Shown here piece after piece: positions 14,521 through 29,839 of a stretch of DNA of 64,000 nt (its first letter is position 1; every line of letters starts with the position of its first letter). Under the pieces are notes generated by a model, which ran no database searches, was not told the origin of the DNA, and worked only from the letters and a program-made list of their open reading frames with translations. The DNA comes from the human T2T-CHM13v2.0 reference genome, Homo sapiens, in NCBI RefSeq assembly GCF_009914755.1, contig NC_060945.1. One strand, 5' to 3'. Both the position numbers and the translations under genes were made by a program.

Positions 14521-15278
14521 TGTTGAGTTGGTTGGGACAAAAAGAGATCTTTCCATTTTTCATATAGTATTATTGAATAGGGCTGTGAGCTTGTTTCTCA
14601 CTCAGTTGTGGAATGTTAACTGATTAATCTCACAGGGATTCTTCAGCCTTAAACTCTTATTAGTGGGTTTACTTTGAACATAAAAATATTCATATCCTAT
14701 TAGCAGACAAATTCATTAGGATTCATCAAGATCCAAAACCTAGTCACATAGGAAACTTGATGAAGTCAAACCAGCATGACAAAACTTCCTGCTTCCAGGT
14801 TGACCCTTAACATTGATAACAGCTTTTGCTTTATTTTGTTTCTAAAGATGATTTCAAAAGCAATTTATGGTTTTTACTGGGACTAGAGTTTCATAAAAGA
14901 ACATGGCTGATAGTGGGTCACCAATCTGAATGCACAGTCAGCTAAAGTAGTAGGGAAAAGCTAAGTGCAGTCAGAAGCAGAAACAATGATTTAGAGCTAT
15001 ATGGGTCATATGAGGCGGAGGAGGTAAGAAAAATGACTTTTCACAATATGACAAGGAATACAAATATGCAGAAGGAAACAGATTCTCTAATAGATGATTA
15101 AATAAAATGAATGCAGTATGTGCTATAAAATTTAAGGTAAACAATAATTATTATAGGTCTATTGAAAGAAAAATAAACGGAAAGCTGAGAAATGCATTGA
15201 GCTGAAGGACTGAGCAGAGCCAGTCCCAGCAGAGCCAGTAAGCCCAGCAGAGCCCAGCAGAGCCAGTAAGATACAAAA

Positions 15279-15568
15279 GGCCAGGCATGGTGGCTCATGC
15301 CTGTCATTCCAGCACTTTGAGAGGCAGAGGTGGGCAGATCACCAGAGGTCAGGACTTCGAGATCTGCCTGACCAACATGGTGAAACCTTGTCTCTACTAA
15401 AAATACAAAAATTAGATGGGCACAGTGGTACGTGCCAGCTACTCAAGAGCCTGAGGCAAGAAAATTGCTTGAACTCAGGAGGCGGAGGTTACAGTGAGCC
15501 AAGAGTGCACCGCTGCACTCCAGCCTGAGTGACAGAGTGAGACTCCATCTCCAAAAGAAAAAAAAAAA
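15279..15568 (+). mobile_element. AluS
   Basis: Dimer with poly(A); TSD aag(a/t)tacaaaa. Confidence 0.92.
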
Positions 15569-15730
15569 GTTACAAAAGAAAGATTCTAAGCAAATGCCCA
15601 TAAAATGCACAAGTGCTTTAAGTTGAAATCAGTATGTTGTTTTCTAAGGCACTGTGCTTTTAGGAAAAGGAAGTGAAAAAAAGGTATCTCCTTGTTAAAA
15701 TCCACAAGTTTCTTAGAAGTGGCAATTTCA

Positions 15731-17046
15731 TGGAGGCATCACAGTACTCCCCTTCAAACTATACTATAAGGCTACAGTAACCAAAACAGCATGGTACTGG
15801 TACAAAAACAGACACATTGACCAACAAAACAGAATGGAGAACCCAGAAATGAAGTCACATGCCTACCACCATTTGATCTTTGACAATGTTGACAAAAATA
15901 AGCAACACAGAAAGAACTTCCTATTCAATAAATGGTGTTGAGATAACTGGCTTTGCCATATGCGGAAGAATGAAACTAGACCCCTACCTTTTACCATATA
16001 CAATCATGAACTCAAGATGGATTAAAGATTTAAATGTAAGATGTCAAACTGTAAGAATCCTGGAAGCAAACTTAGGAAACACCAGTCTAGACATCAGCCT
16101 TGGGAAAGAATTTATGACTAAGTACCTAAAAGCAATTGCAATAAAAACAAAAATCAACAAGTGGACTTAACCAAAATAGAGAGATTCTGCACAGCAAAAG
16201 AAACTGTCAACAGAGTAAACAAACATTCTACAGAATAGGAGAAAAATATTCACAAACTATGCATCTGACAAAAGTTTAATATTCAGAATCTATAAGAAAC
16301 TTAATTCATCAAGCAAAAAACAAATAACTCCATTAAAAAGTAGGGAAAAGCCATGAACAGACACTTCTTAAAAGAAGACACGCAAGCAGCCAATAAACAT
16401 GAAAAAGTGCTCAACATCACTAATCACCAGATGAATGCAAATTAAAACCATAATGGGATACCATCTCACAACAATTAGAATGGCTACTATTAAAAAGTCA
16501 GAAGACAACAGATGCTGGCGAGGCTGTGTAGAAAAGGGAACGGTTATACACTGTTGGTGGGAATGTACATTAGTTCAGCCACTGTGAAGAGTTCACTGAA
16601 GCACTGCCTACAATAGCAAAGACATGGAATCAACCTAGGTGCCCATTAATGGTGGATTGGATAAATAAAATGTGGTACATATACACCATGGAATATGATG
16701 CACCCATTAAAAAAATGAAATCATGTTCTTTGCAGCAACGTGGATGCAGCTAGAGACCATTATCCTCAGCAGGAACAGAAAACTAAATGCTGCATTTTCT
16801 CACTCATAAAAGGGGGCTAAACACTGTGTACTCATTGACATAAAGATGGCAATCATAGACACTGAGGACTACTAGAGGAGAGAGGGAGGGGTGCAAGGAC
16901 TGAAAAACCATTGGGTACTATGCTCACTATCTAGATGGCAGGATCAATCATACCCCAAACCTCAGGATCAAACAATATACTCATGTAACAAATCTGCACA
17001 GGTACCCCCTGAATCTAAAATATAAGTTAAATTACAAAGAAAAAAG
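15731..17046 (+). mobile_element. 5'-truncated L1 (L1PA15/16-like): ORF2 3' part and 3'UTR
   Basis: ORF 15880-16170 ([20 protein letters not shown]) is L1 ORF2-like; L1PA 3'UTR with A-rich end; internal deletion near 16590. Confidence 0.9.
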
Positions 17047-18489
17047 AAGTAGTATCAGGTTCTCAGTCACTGCATGGAAGATAAAATAGATCTCACATGG
17101 GAAATCCAGATCTTGCTGAAGACATCCAAGTCCCTTTATGTTCTATAATTTCAATAACAGCTTCCAATGTGGGAGCTCTTTTACCTCTGGGAACGTTAAC
17201 CCATAAAAAAATAGAGCAGAAGTGAGACTCCAATCTTTAACCTGACACAGAAACTTCTTGTAAAAGTCAGTAGGCCTTGAAAGAAAGTTAATATGCCACA
17301 GAATTTGGCTTTATGGCTTTGATGGTGTGTGAATACATTTAAATGAAAAGAGAGACTGTCAGTGGCGGAGAAGCTGAGGACTAGGAAAAGGACACCATGT
17401 TGCCACATTAGTATGTGATGTAATTTTTTCCATCACTATTTTCTTAGACACAATATTAAATTGTAATGTTACTTTTATTTAAGCCAATCAGTATTACATA
17501 TTGTATGATTTAATGCTGTAATTCAACTCACCTTTCCCAAGAAGATAGTTATTAATGTAATGTTTAAATTGTTATCACTCTGTGTACAATTATAAAGATG
17601 ATGTTATTCTTATTTTCTAACAGGAGGAAGACTTTTTCCAGCCAAGTTACTTTAGCCATTTCAACCCCTTTCTCCTTAATGGGAAGCAGATGGCTATTGA
17701 TTGATTCCTGCAGAGAATGTTGAAACATTAGATCCAGTAGAGAATGCCAAAGAGCTGCAGCAATTCATGGGTAAAAGGGAGAGTTTTTCAGAGATATTAC
17801 AGGGAAGTGTTATTTTTTATCTTCCATCTCTCAATTAATAAAGATTTGAGCAAATACATAAGCCATGACCAAAATTTAACAAGGAGGAGCCTGAGGATAG
17901 CAGCAGAAACCCCAAAGTGATTAAGTGAAATGAGAACAGCATGAGATTTAGCAGGGAAAAAGTTTGCTTAATTCTACCAGGTTTAAATTCTTGCCAGTTC
18001 CTTGAGAAGGAGGAAATGAAGAAGGATTCAATGTTCCTCTAGGTATCCTTTACAGGGCTGTATTCGATATAAACATGTTTTATTGCAGGCAATAGAGCAA
18101 ATCACCATTTGATTAGGGTAGAGAGCAGATTCTATGCCATCAGTGCCTTGAACTTTGTTCAGTGCCTTGGACGTTGTTACAAGTACAGATGTGTTGGGTT
18201 ACCTCTACTTGCTTTATAGAAACAAAATTTTCTCTAACATACCATAGATGTAGGTTGAAAATGTACGGTTATATAGCCCCATCACTCTGAACTCTATGTT
18301 TCTATACCTCATCCAATACAATGGCTCAGTTCTCTCCCTGGGTCCCTGCTCTTGATTATGAGAATAGTATGTAATTAATTACCTTTAGGAGAAACATAAT
18401 GTTTTAATTCACTCTACAAAAAGGATTCTTTGTTAATAAAAACATAGATGCACTTTACTATTACTACTGTTACCACTAGTCAATGTCAA

Positions 18490-18700
18490 TGGCTACTGTT
18501 TATTAAGAACTTACTTTGTGACAGTCATTATAATCCATGAGTGTACATTACCATAATTGGTTAACACACCTCCAGGTGGTAAGTATTTTTATTATTAGCT
18601 CCACTTACATATAAGGAAACTGCAGCTTAGTGAATTTAAGAAACTTGCTCGAGGCTACACAGTTTGTAAGTGGTGCACATGGTTTGAACCCACTGAATCA
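18490..18700 (-). mobile_element. MIR
   Basis: MIR core (acatataaggaaactgcagcttag...aaacttgctcgaggctacacag). Confidence 0.7.
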
Positions 18701-20122
18701 TCCCTTTCATTGACTACTTTGTTCTTCCAGAGGAAGCAGTAACTTACAAGTAATTCAAAGTATTATTGCTTAATCAATGACTAATCTCCTGAACCAACTT
18801 TCAGATATTAAACACAGACAGATATACAGATGTCTTTTCACATAGCTATGTTTTAATCTTGGAAAGAAATATAAATATCCCATTTCGTCCTCATAATAGC
18901 TATTGAGGAGGATATGATAGGTTTTATCATGTAAAATTTATCATGGGGTAATTGAAGCTCAAAGATATATAATCTGTCTAAAATTACACAGCTAATATTT
19001 GGCAAAGCTTGAGTCTTCCAAATTTAGACTTTTTTTTTTTTTTTTGCCAATCCACAAGGTTTACCCAAGATAGTCTTCCAATAAAACTATGCCCATCTGT
19101 CTCAATCCCTGATTGCTGACCTCCTGAGATATTTTTAAATCATGAAATGCTTTCAAACTGATTAGCTAGTATTTATAAACTAGTGAGCACTAACCACCTC
19201 AGAAAGGAATTTGAGACTTGTCTTAAACACGGAAATGATCAGGTCATTGCCATCAGTGTGGTCCCTATGATGACAGCAGTATTTAGAAAAGTATATTTCA
19301 AATGTTTATTAAAGTCATAGAGAAGAATGATGTACTTTACATTGCATCTCATTTGTCAAGAGTGATTATGATCTGAGCTTTGCAAATCAAGATCATTGAT
19401 GAAATGGAGGAAGTAATCGATGTGAAAAATATTCTGCATGTTTATGTGATCAAACACCAAAGGTTCATGGTTTTACTTTTCAAAATGAGCTTCTGCATAT
19501 GGGCAGAAGTATACAGTACAGTGGTGTGCTGACAGTAAGGATGAGGGGAGGTGCCAGGGACATATCAGGGACATATGTGTCTGCGGAGTGACAGGAAATA
19601 CCTTTCTGAATTACCAACTTTCTCAAAAATTGAGGAGAAATAAAACTAAATTACTGAACTGGTGCTATAAGATACTCATTAGAGTATTGAAACAAATACA
19701 CAACATGTTAGAATGAAAAAATATTGCATCAATTACAACAAAATAAGACATGGGATTTCTAGGAGATTTCATGACTGCAAATGAAGGTGTGGCTAAGGAT
19801 TCACCTGCCATCTCTCAGGGACATGTCTCTCTTGGCTTTTGGGAGCTATCACTCTGGAACCCGAGAACTAATTTAGGGAAAATCTGGAAAAGATTTTAGT
19901 AGAGGAGGAAGCTTTGTTTTTCTTTCAATAAAGTCAGTGAACCAGGACATGGAAATTTCTGGGAAGACTTAATGTGTCAATCTAAAGGAAAAACTGAGGC
20001 CAAATTAATATAAGTAGAGAGTTTATTTGGGCCACGTTTGAGGACTGCAACCTGAGAGGATAGATGCAAATTGCCTGGAATATAGACTCTGATTAGAAAC
20101 AGTTAAAAGTGAGTTTAAAAAA

Positions 20123-20421
20123 TTTTTGTATTTATGTATTTTCTTGAGACAGGGTCTTGCTCTGTCACTCAGGCTGGGGCACAGTGGTGCAATCTTGGCT
20201 CACTGCAACCTCCCAGGTTCAAGCAATTCTCTTGCCTCAACCAGGCAAGTAGCTGTGATTACAGGCATGGACCACCTCACCTGGCTAATGTCTGTACTTT
20301 TAGTAGAGACAGAGTTTCACCATGCTGGCCAGGCATGTCTTGAACTCCTGGCCTCAAGTGATCCGCCAACCTCAGCCTCCCAAAGTGCAGGGATTACAGG
20401 CGTGAGCCACCACACCTGGCC
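20123..20421 (-). mobile_element. AluS/J
   Basis: Antisense dimer. Confidence 0.9.
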
Positions 20422-20461
20422 CAAGTACATTTTTAAAAGAAAAGAAGAGGCAGTTCCTAAA

Positions 20462-20771
20462 TGTTTTTTTATTTTTATTTTTATTTTTTTTGAGACGTAG
20501 TCTCGCACTGTTGCCCAGGCTGAAGTGCAGTGGTGTGAGCTTGGCTCACTGCAAACTCTGCCTCCCAGGTTCAAGCAATTCTCCTGCCTCAGCCTCCTGA
20601 GTAGCTGGGACTACAGGTGCGTGCCACCATGCCCGGCTAATTTTTGTATTTTTAGTAGAGACGGGGTTTCATCACATTGGCCAGGATGGTCTCGATCTCC
20701 TGACCTCGTGATCTGCCCGACTCGGCCTCCCAAAGTGCCGGGATTACAGATGTGAGCCACCATGCCCAGCC
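20462..20771 (-). mobile_element. AluSc-like
   Basis: Antisense dimer; TSD cctaaat(t)gttt. Confidence 0.92.
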
Positions 20772-21421
20772 CCTAAATTGTTTACCAAGAATTTACATGA
20801 AAATAACATAAGCTATTGATTGACTATATATTGTTCTTTATCTCACAAATTCCAGGAACATGACAATAATGGACAGGGCAGCCAGTCAGGAACAAAATGA
20901 CTTTAAACCATTGTCCCTGAGCATGGGTGACGAGGGAGAAAAACCTGACTGAGGTCCCATCCTCATGTCTCTCTGGGCTTAATAAATTTCACATACTTCA
21001 CAGCCCAGACTGCTCTCAGTGGTTTTGCTTTTCTTGTAAGCATCTCTCTCAGATGAGGGACTTTTTGATGTTACGGTGTTCTCTGAGACTCCCAATGACT
21101 CCAAAGTATTTAACCTTTCCAGCTAATATTAAAAGAATCTGAAGAGACAGCATTAAAAACTCAAAGGTAAAAAAAAGAACACTTACCATTGGTTTATTCA
21201 TTAAGTTCAGATTTTTAGGACCCAACTGGATAGAGCAGATGGCAAATGGAGGTTTCACTCATTTACCACTGCTGAACTACCAGAAGCTGAATGGAGTTAT
21301 GGCTTATGAAAAACTGCTTAACTATTTTGTGAACCCAAACCTTCAACTTTAGAAAAATTCAGTCTTTAATGCATACATACCTAAGAGCATGTCTAAATTG
21401 TGAAGCATCTGTATGACGATA

Positions 21422-21813
<392 letters not shown>

Positions 21814-24446
21814 CTAAAGAAACCGAGCAGAGAGAAAATTTTGACCAAGACAAAACATCCACACAAAGTAGAGATATGTAAATTGAATACAAACTTATCT
21901 GAAACTTCAGTAAATGCTTTCACTCTAGTTTGCTTCATGAGAATACATTGGCTTTTCTGAAACTACAGGTATGAAAAATGACAATCTCTGTCAGCACTGT
22001 GCTTCTCGATTGAACTGACAGGCCTAAGCTGAATGCACTCAAGTTTCTCTAGAATGACTCCAGTAAATAAAAGTTACAGCTCTGACTTGATTAGTAATAA
22101 ACACTGACTAGAAGGCTCCCTGTTTTTATATAAGTGATGGTGACAATGGCCATATTTGTTTTGGAGCAGATAATGTTTTTAATTTTTTAAAGAAAGCGCT
22201 ACTCAACCAAATAATAGTCACATGACCTACACAAATAGTTTTCTGATCATGTGACCATTGCTGATCTTAGATACATGTTGTTCTTAGATACAGTTTGTTC
22301 ATGACCTTGTCTCTGCCAAGAATGGAATTAAATTATGAAGCCCCTACTGTATAATAACAACTTTTCCAAATACTTGTTCAACTAACTATCACACCTATAC
22401 CAAGATCTAAAGAGTATAATAATCATCAAAAAGGTAAGAAAAATTAACTAAGGTTAAGTAGCCTACGCAAGTTAAAACATCTAGAAAGACGTGATTTAAA
22501 ATGGGGTTTTTAACTCCTAGTACAGAGTCATCTTTTGGGGGCATCTTCAACTGAAACAGACTTCAAATCTATGATATAATATGAGTTCTGGACAAACCTC
22601 TGTTTATCACTTGCAGTCACTTAGCATCACTTTGTTTAATCAAAACTGCATCTAATAGTTTTATTTAACATATGATTTTCTATTACACTCAGTATATGAG
22701 TGCTTAATAAGTGTACCTGGCTATGAAAGTTTATTATAAGAAAGTATGAAATGCATAGTTAATGCATATCTTTAAGTAAATTGTAAAGGTTGAATATCCT
22801 GTTATGCAAATATTTAGCAGCCTCTTGGTGCTTAAATTCTGTTTCAAATGGGGAAAGTGCAGATGATGCTATGAAGGAATTCTGATAGATGATTACACAC
22901 TCTTTGAGAACACTAGTTTTTAAATTTGCTGTGCTCCTAATCAGGATCAATTTATCAAAACTCCCTTAACTGCGAAGATAAATAGTGAAACTAACTGCCT
23001 TAATAATAGCTAGTTCCTTCTAAACTTCTTGAGGCTACATGCATATTTCCATGTCTTTATTTAATATATACAAAATTTATGTGAAGGACACCTTTATTAT
23101 CTTGTTGTACTTAATATAATAATAATAATGTATACAGACAAAAAGGAGGTGCCTTAGTTCTGAAAGTGCATTTTTCAAGATCACATACTAAACATGTGTT
23201 CAGAAAATAGCTTCAGAGAAATTATGATGATGGTTAAATATTTATATTATTCTCTTCCTGTTTACTATAATACCTTCCACTTTTCCTGTAATTAAGTACT
23301 GATGTTTGCCCTGCATAATTATTAAAAAGTTTTTTCTTAATGAAGGTGTTTAATTTTAAGCCACATTAAGAATTATCTCCATACATGCTTTATTATGTGT
23401 TACATGACAAATCTTCAAAAATATATTCTATTCCTCATCCTGTTTTTTTTCAGAACAGCAATTCATTTTTCAAACCAAAACATATAAAGATGACTTACAG
23501 AAAAAAATACCCTAAAAAAACAGAAGCGAAGACTGTTAGAAAAATGACTGTGTATTTGGTTTAACTAAGTAGGATAATCAAGTTTGTTACAAAAATAATG
23601 TCAATAGGAGACACTCTCAGAGTTCCAATGCCTGATAGGTATCCTACTAAGAGTTTATTCATTTGCTTATTCTCTTATCTGCTACCTGCAAAGAAGACAA
23701 ATTGATATTTTCACTTAAGTGATTCCAGATGAGTAAACCCATTAAAAAGAAAAAAAGTCAATGATTGGCATACGTCTGCAAATTTAGAAATTTTCACACA
23801 TGCAACTGTTACACTGCACTTCCCACGTTCTTCCAAACTGGAAACAATAATATGTATTATTTTATGTAAATAATTAAAAACTGGAACAAGTAGGCCACAA
23901 TAATTAATTACTTAACTATTTTCACTTTGCTAAAGCTGTCCTTAACAAGTGGTCTATTACCTTCATTAAAATTGTAATGAATTTTATCTCCCTTGGACCT
24001 TTTAGTGGAAATGAAAAATAACATATAAATAAGTAAATATTGAAATTATGCTTGGGATATGTCATATTCAAAAAATTGCAGTTTGCTGGTATATTAAAAA
24101 ATTCTGTACTTCTTTGAGTGACACCAAATATTTGTTTGCAAATAACCCTATATATTTGGAATGGAAAATATTGTCAGCCATGCTGTCACTTTCCTGCTCC
24201 ACTGGCACAATTTATTTTCAATTGATTTTTGTTTACTACTCCTAGATTTGGCCTTAGAATTCCTTTCAGAACAATTCTCTAGGGATCAGTGGCTTTGTGT
24301 TTTAAAATCTATTTGCCATCACTGATCTAAACTGTAAACGCTAAGAGAGCTGAGAACTACCATTCATGGTGAAATAGTCCAGCCATAGGGAAAAGGTAGA
24401 ACAAGTGCCTTATAGCTACAGTCCTTGCCGGAGAACTCTTATGGGC

Positions 24447-25003
24447 TGTTGAGAAGGCTAAAGCAACTTCATCTTGGATGCTAATCGACCATGTGGACTT
24501 CTCCTTAACCCCAATTCTGGGAATGCCTCTAAGATTTCTACTTTCATTTATTTAGCAAATCCTGACCTTAGGTCAAAACAAGCTTTTTTTTTTTTTTTCC
24601 CCTTGAGATGAGGTCTTGCTCATTTGCTCAGGCTGGAGGGCAGTGGTGCAATCATGGCTCATTACAGCCTCAAGCAGTCCTCTCACCTCAGCTTCCCAAA
24701 GTGTTGGGATTATAGGCCTGAGCCACCGCACCCAGCAAGAGCTTTGATGTTATCATAAACGCATACTCACCATAAATCTTGCCCCTAGGCAAATTCTGGA
24801 TGGTATAGAAGCCTTGAATGTGGAGAGTAACAATGCAGGGATCCCCTATCTTGTCTCTCAGCCGCCTGAAACATGGCTTCTGTTCCTAAGTGTCTATTAA
24901 TTGTTCTTTCTGAGATACTGGATTTGCCAGCCTCTTTTTTTCTGCCTCTCAGCTTCCTTGGCCTTTAGAGGTAGTTTTGCCTAGACCTGCTCACCAAGGA
25001 ACG
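24447..25003 (+). mobile_element. ERVL solo LTR (LTR47-like, tentative) containing an internally deleted AluJ (24584-24736, minus)
   Basis: Starts tgttgagaaggctaaagcaacttcatcttggatgctaatc; has an attaa poly(A)-like signal and LTR-type U5. Confidence 0.6.
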
Positions 25004-25117
25004 GCTATGATTTGGGAGTAGGTAGATATCAAATAGGGAATTTATTGAGGTATGCACAATAGTTCCAGAGCTTAGCTCTGAAAAGAAGATTGAGTTATAT
25101 TTAATGAAGAAACCAAT

Positions 25118-25430
<313 letters not shown>

Positions 25431-27213
25431 CCAATCTGTTTTTTAATCTTTACACTGTCCTCAAGATTCTGAACATGACCATGCCTCAAGGCATTGGTAT
25501 AAGCATTTTCTTGTCATAACTGTTGGTATTTATTCAGTTCCCACTGTGTGGCAGGTAGTGTGTGCCACACAACTATTATCTCTTTAACATTTGCAACAAT
25601 GCCTCAAGACAGCTCATGTATTATCCTACTTTCATAAATGAAGAAAGGTAGTTGGCATTCCATTCTCTTTTTACTATACCAATCACTTTGCATTGGTGAA
25701 TAATAAAAAATATTGATAGAAAACACATATCAGGGACCACTAGTTATTCGGATGATTGTTATCTTTAACCTATGTATAGTTTGATCCATTTTGTCAAATT
25801 TACATTTTAGAAAATATTGAGCTTAATGGTCAGAGAGTTACAATTCTCACCTCCTAGGGTAAAAGGAGCCATCTGTTTATAGGTCCTCATGTCCTCAACC
25901 ACAGGGCAGGGGACTGACCCACCAAGGCAAAACTGATCATTCTAAGGAACAGAGAGCTCATAAGGTTAGCACACCTACCCTGCTTAATGTGCCACATTTA
26001 AGCATATTAAAACCAAATAAAGAAGCCATGAGCATTAACCCATTTTTAATTAATAGTGTTAAAACTTAAGTTAGCCAAGTTACACTTCTATCAGCTTGTT
26101 TCTAGAGCATATTATGTTAAATCATATTTTTAAAATGATAAATTACACTCTGAAGTTGTATAAGAAATAGAGGAAAGTAGGGCAGATGAATTCTAAATAT
26201 GGTCTTAATTTATAATCTATGATTATTTTACTTAGTTTCTCATGTTCTTACCCACTTGAAAAAAAATTGGTTTTGCCCACAGCAAAAACATTTCATGTTG
26301 AAGGAACAAGGACTGTATCTACAGAAGTTTATGAGCAGGAATATGTTGTTTTCCTACTTGTCAACACGAGTCTCCCATAGGAGTCTCTCCTTTTTCCTTT
26401 TTAAGCCAAGTACTTAATTATGGCCTTGTAATTACTTATTCTTGTCAATTCACATCAAAACAACATAGCTACAAGGGATTTGTTTCTTGATTTTAGAACT
26501 CGATTAAACAGAGTCCATTCATGAGCTCCCAGTCCTGCTGAGTGGTCTTTCACTTCCTGACACATAATTAATATCAAACAATTTTTTCTAACCTGGAATG
26601 TGATTTTGGTGCATCTAATCAATCAACATTGCTCATGAAAATAGATGAACAATTAAGACCACTAAAAAATGACTCAGCCTTTAGGGTCTTTAAATGGTTG
26701 TGTTTTTCTGAATACATTCATTTTGCAGGTAAGCAGCCAAGGTTAATAACTGAGTGATGTGGAAAGAGCACAGGTCTACAGTATTAGTCTGAGATCTTGC
26801 ATTGATTATTTTTAGCATTTAATAGGAAGCCATTATGCACTCAGATCTGTCTGGATTGAGTGCTGATGGTACAAGGTAACCTCAAACAAAATAAAACACC
26901 TGAGCAGCCACTTAGTATGTTGTGTGAGATTTGTTTTATTTCCTTCATACTTTTATTAAATCTGTGATATATGGGGATGCCGTGGTTTAGGCTGGATGCT
27001 GTTATTTATAGACATTTCAATGGCCAGCAGTGGGAAAATTGCCTTATAAATTTCCTAGGACAAAAAATGTGCCTTAAATATTTAAACTGTTTTCCTAAAA
27101 TTGGTGACTTGAGTCAACTGTTGAGAGTAAATAGCTCCTTTCTTTGTAGAGATTGTGGTGGGGTGAGGATGCAGTAAAGCTTGAATGGGAATTTAGTTAG
27201 ATAAAAGTAAAAC

Positions 27214-27533
<320 letters not shown>

Positions 27534-27614
27534 CTAAAAATAATGTAAAAAATTATCAATTTTGAAATGAATGAGGTTGTGTTCCAATATTGTGTTTATT
27601 TCCTCTTAGAAAAG

Positions 27615-28031
27615 TGTTAGGGACAAGCTGCCCCAGGAACCCCCCACTCCCTCAATGTAGCTGACCCTTACCCTGAATACTCTGCAGCTGCATTCCTGAA
27701 CCCTTATCTAGGTGCCACAGCAAGGTAACCAGATTTGCTATGCTGAAGCCCTCCAGGCAGCATGGGGGAGGTCATGAGAAATGTGGGTAAACCTATGTTA
27801 CACCCTTTTGTAAATTCCTGTTTTCATAATATATTGTAAGCCAGCCACAAGATGATATGTGGTAAAGTTAACCAACAAACAACTCCAGGGCCTCTCTCCC
27901 TGGTATAAACCCCTCACTTTGTAAGCTCAGGGCTGCCTCCTCTGACTGTGGTGGAGCAACCCGGCAGGTTAATAAACTTACTCGCCTGACCTTGGGTCTC
28001 TCTCTCATCTTTTCTCTCGGCTAACCTTGCA
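27615..28031 (+). mobile_element. ERVL-class solo LTR, 417 bp
   Basis: TG...CA ends, TATA (tataaa ~27904), aataaa (~27971) and perfect 5-bp TSD aaaag. Confidence 0.85.
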
Positions 28032-29589
28032 AAAAGCTGTTTTGTTCAGGTCTAAGGTTTAAGGGGAGTTGAGGCTTTACATTGTATAGAAAAGGCATGC
28101 TCAGGGTCAGCTCATTATGGGAAAGAGCTGGCTATTACAAAAGAGCTTAGATTGGAGCGGAAAGAAGAAGGCTGAGAGGACCTCTTGAGGCTGGGCATAG
28201 TAACTCTAGGACTTGCTGTATTGTTTGTTGGTTTTACTGTTTTGCAATTTCTATCTGATATCCCAATACACACAAACACATTCTGTTCTTAGTTGTGTAG
28301 AGGTGGTATTAAAATACTGCTTGTGCTTATAAGGAGGGTGTGTCAAGTTCTATGGGTTTGCTTCTGTTTGAAGAAAGTTGATCCAAGATGATGAAGCTGT
28401 ATTTAAGAAAATCTGAATTCTCTTCTGAAGCTAGACAGTGGGCAGTGGGATTTGGTATAGACTGGAACTTCTAGAGTCGAGCAGGACTCCAAGACCATTG
28501 AAATTTAGGTTTGAAAGAAGTGTCTGATTATTCAAAATTTAATGTAGGCTTATAAATATGAAAACTAAGGTTTAGAGGCAAGAAAGCTAGTAAGTGACAC
28601 AGAAGTAATATTCCTATTTCAAATCTTAATTGTTAAGTTTGATTCAGATTATGATAAACTAGCTTGCAGCAGAACAATCCTCCCATCAAGAAAAATTTTA
28701 TCATCTCTATTAGGGAAAACAAAAACAAAAACCCGTTTGAAGGCACAGGAGAGCAACCAAGATAGCTAGGACTTGAGTGGCTAATATCCTACAGAGAAGA
28801 GACACTCACTAGAGTGAGCTTAATCTTCTGCAACACATTTCTGCTCAAGTCGTTTGATAGTTTATAAGACAGGTGGATGGAAAGGCAGAGAAGTCAAGCT
28901 AAAGCTGACGCTAAAAGGCAAAAATACTGAGAAGAGATTTTGGCAGTCATTGAGATTGGAGACTTCATTCATATTCAGCATTACCAAAGTGGCTAATAAT
29001 TGAGAATCCAAGATCCTGAAAAGAAAAGTAACATAGAGAAGTGAGCTCAATGGTTGAGCCACTTTCCCCTCAAGGCATTAGTTCATTCAGATGTGGTTCA
29101 AACCAAGAGCTGGAGAAGCTTAGTACAACAGCTGCTCCTAAGAGACTGGAAAGCTACACACAACTGTTGGCAGTTTTCAGAACTGGATAAGCATTGGATT
29201 TCAGTGTGGAGGGTCTCCAGTAAACAAGCCAGGCTTTCAGCTGGTGCTCCTGAAAAACTACATTCTAAAAGTTGAGACAGAACATATGAGATCTTACAAA
29301 GGCTTCAACTCACCCTTAAATCAGCTCAAACACAGAAAGTATTCATACAATATTCATCTACCTGCCTATCAAAAACTAAAAGGAATCATCTAGAGAAAAT
29401 AACATCAATGAAAACCCTCTACAAAATTTTGTATTAAATCACAAGTGTCAGTGGATTAAAAATGTGACAAAGAAAAAAAGAAAAGAAAAGATAATGGAAA
29501 CCCTCACAGGTGGTCCATTCAGTAATATGGAAACTGGACAATGCCATTGCAAAAATGTCATTCTCTTATATGAATTTAGATGTACATTT

Positions 29590-29839
29590 GTTGTTGCTGT
29601 TATTTAGAGACAAGGTCTTTAGAGACCCAGACTGGTCCCAAAACTCTTGAGGAGTTGAGGATCAAGTGATCCTTCTGCCTCAGCCTCCTGAGTAGCTGAG
29701 AGTGCAGGAATGCACCATTGTGCTGGCTTAGATGTAAATTTTTTTATTTTTTTGAGACAGAGTCTTGCTGTATTGCCCAGGCTGGAGCAAAGTGTCGTAA
29801 TCATGGCTCACTGCATCCTCAACCTCCTGAGCATAAGGA
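29590..29839 (-). mobile_element. FLAM-like monomer plus truncated AluJ fragment in tandem
   Basis: Two antisense Alu pieces delimited by three copies of agatgta(c/a)attt. Confidence 0.8.

Larger units (their letters stand above)
19975..21036 (-). mobile_element. ERV1 solo LTR (MER65-like) split by two Alus
   Basis: Antisense poly(A) signal tttatt near 20022; antisense U3 (gtctctctgggcttaataaattt...cagactgctct) resembles MER65. Confidence 0.65.

Noticed and set aside
17610-17780. Exon-like segment (ENVETLDPVENAKELQQFM)
   Set aside because: Weak donor (TGG|GTAAAA), stops from the upstream acceptor and no known homology.
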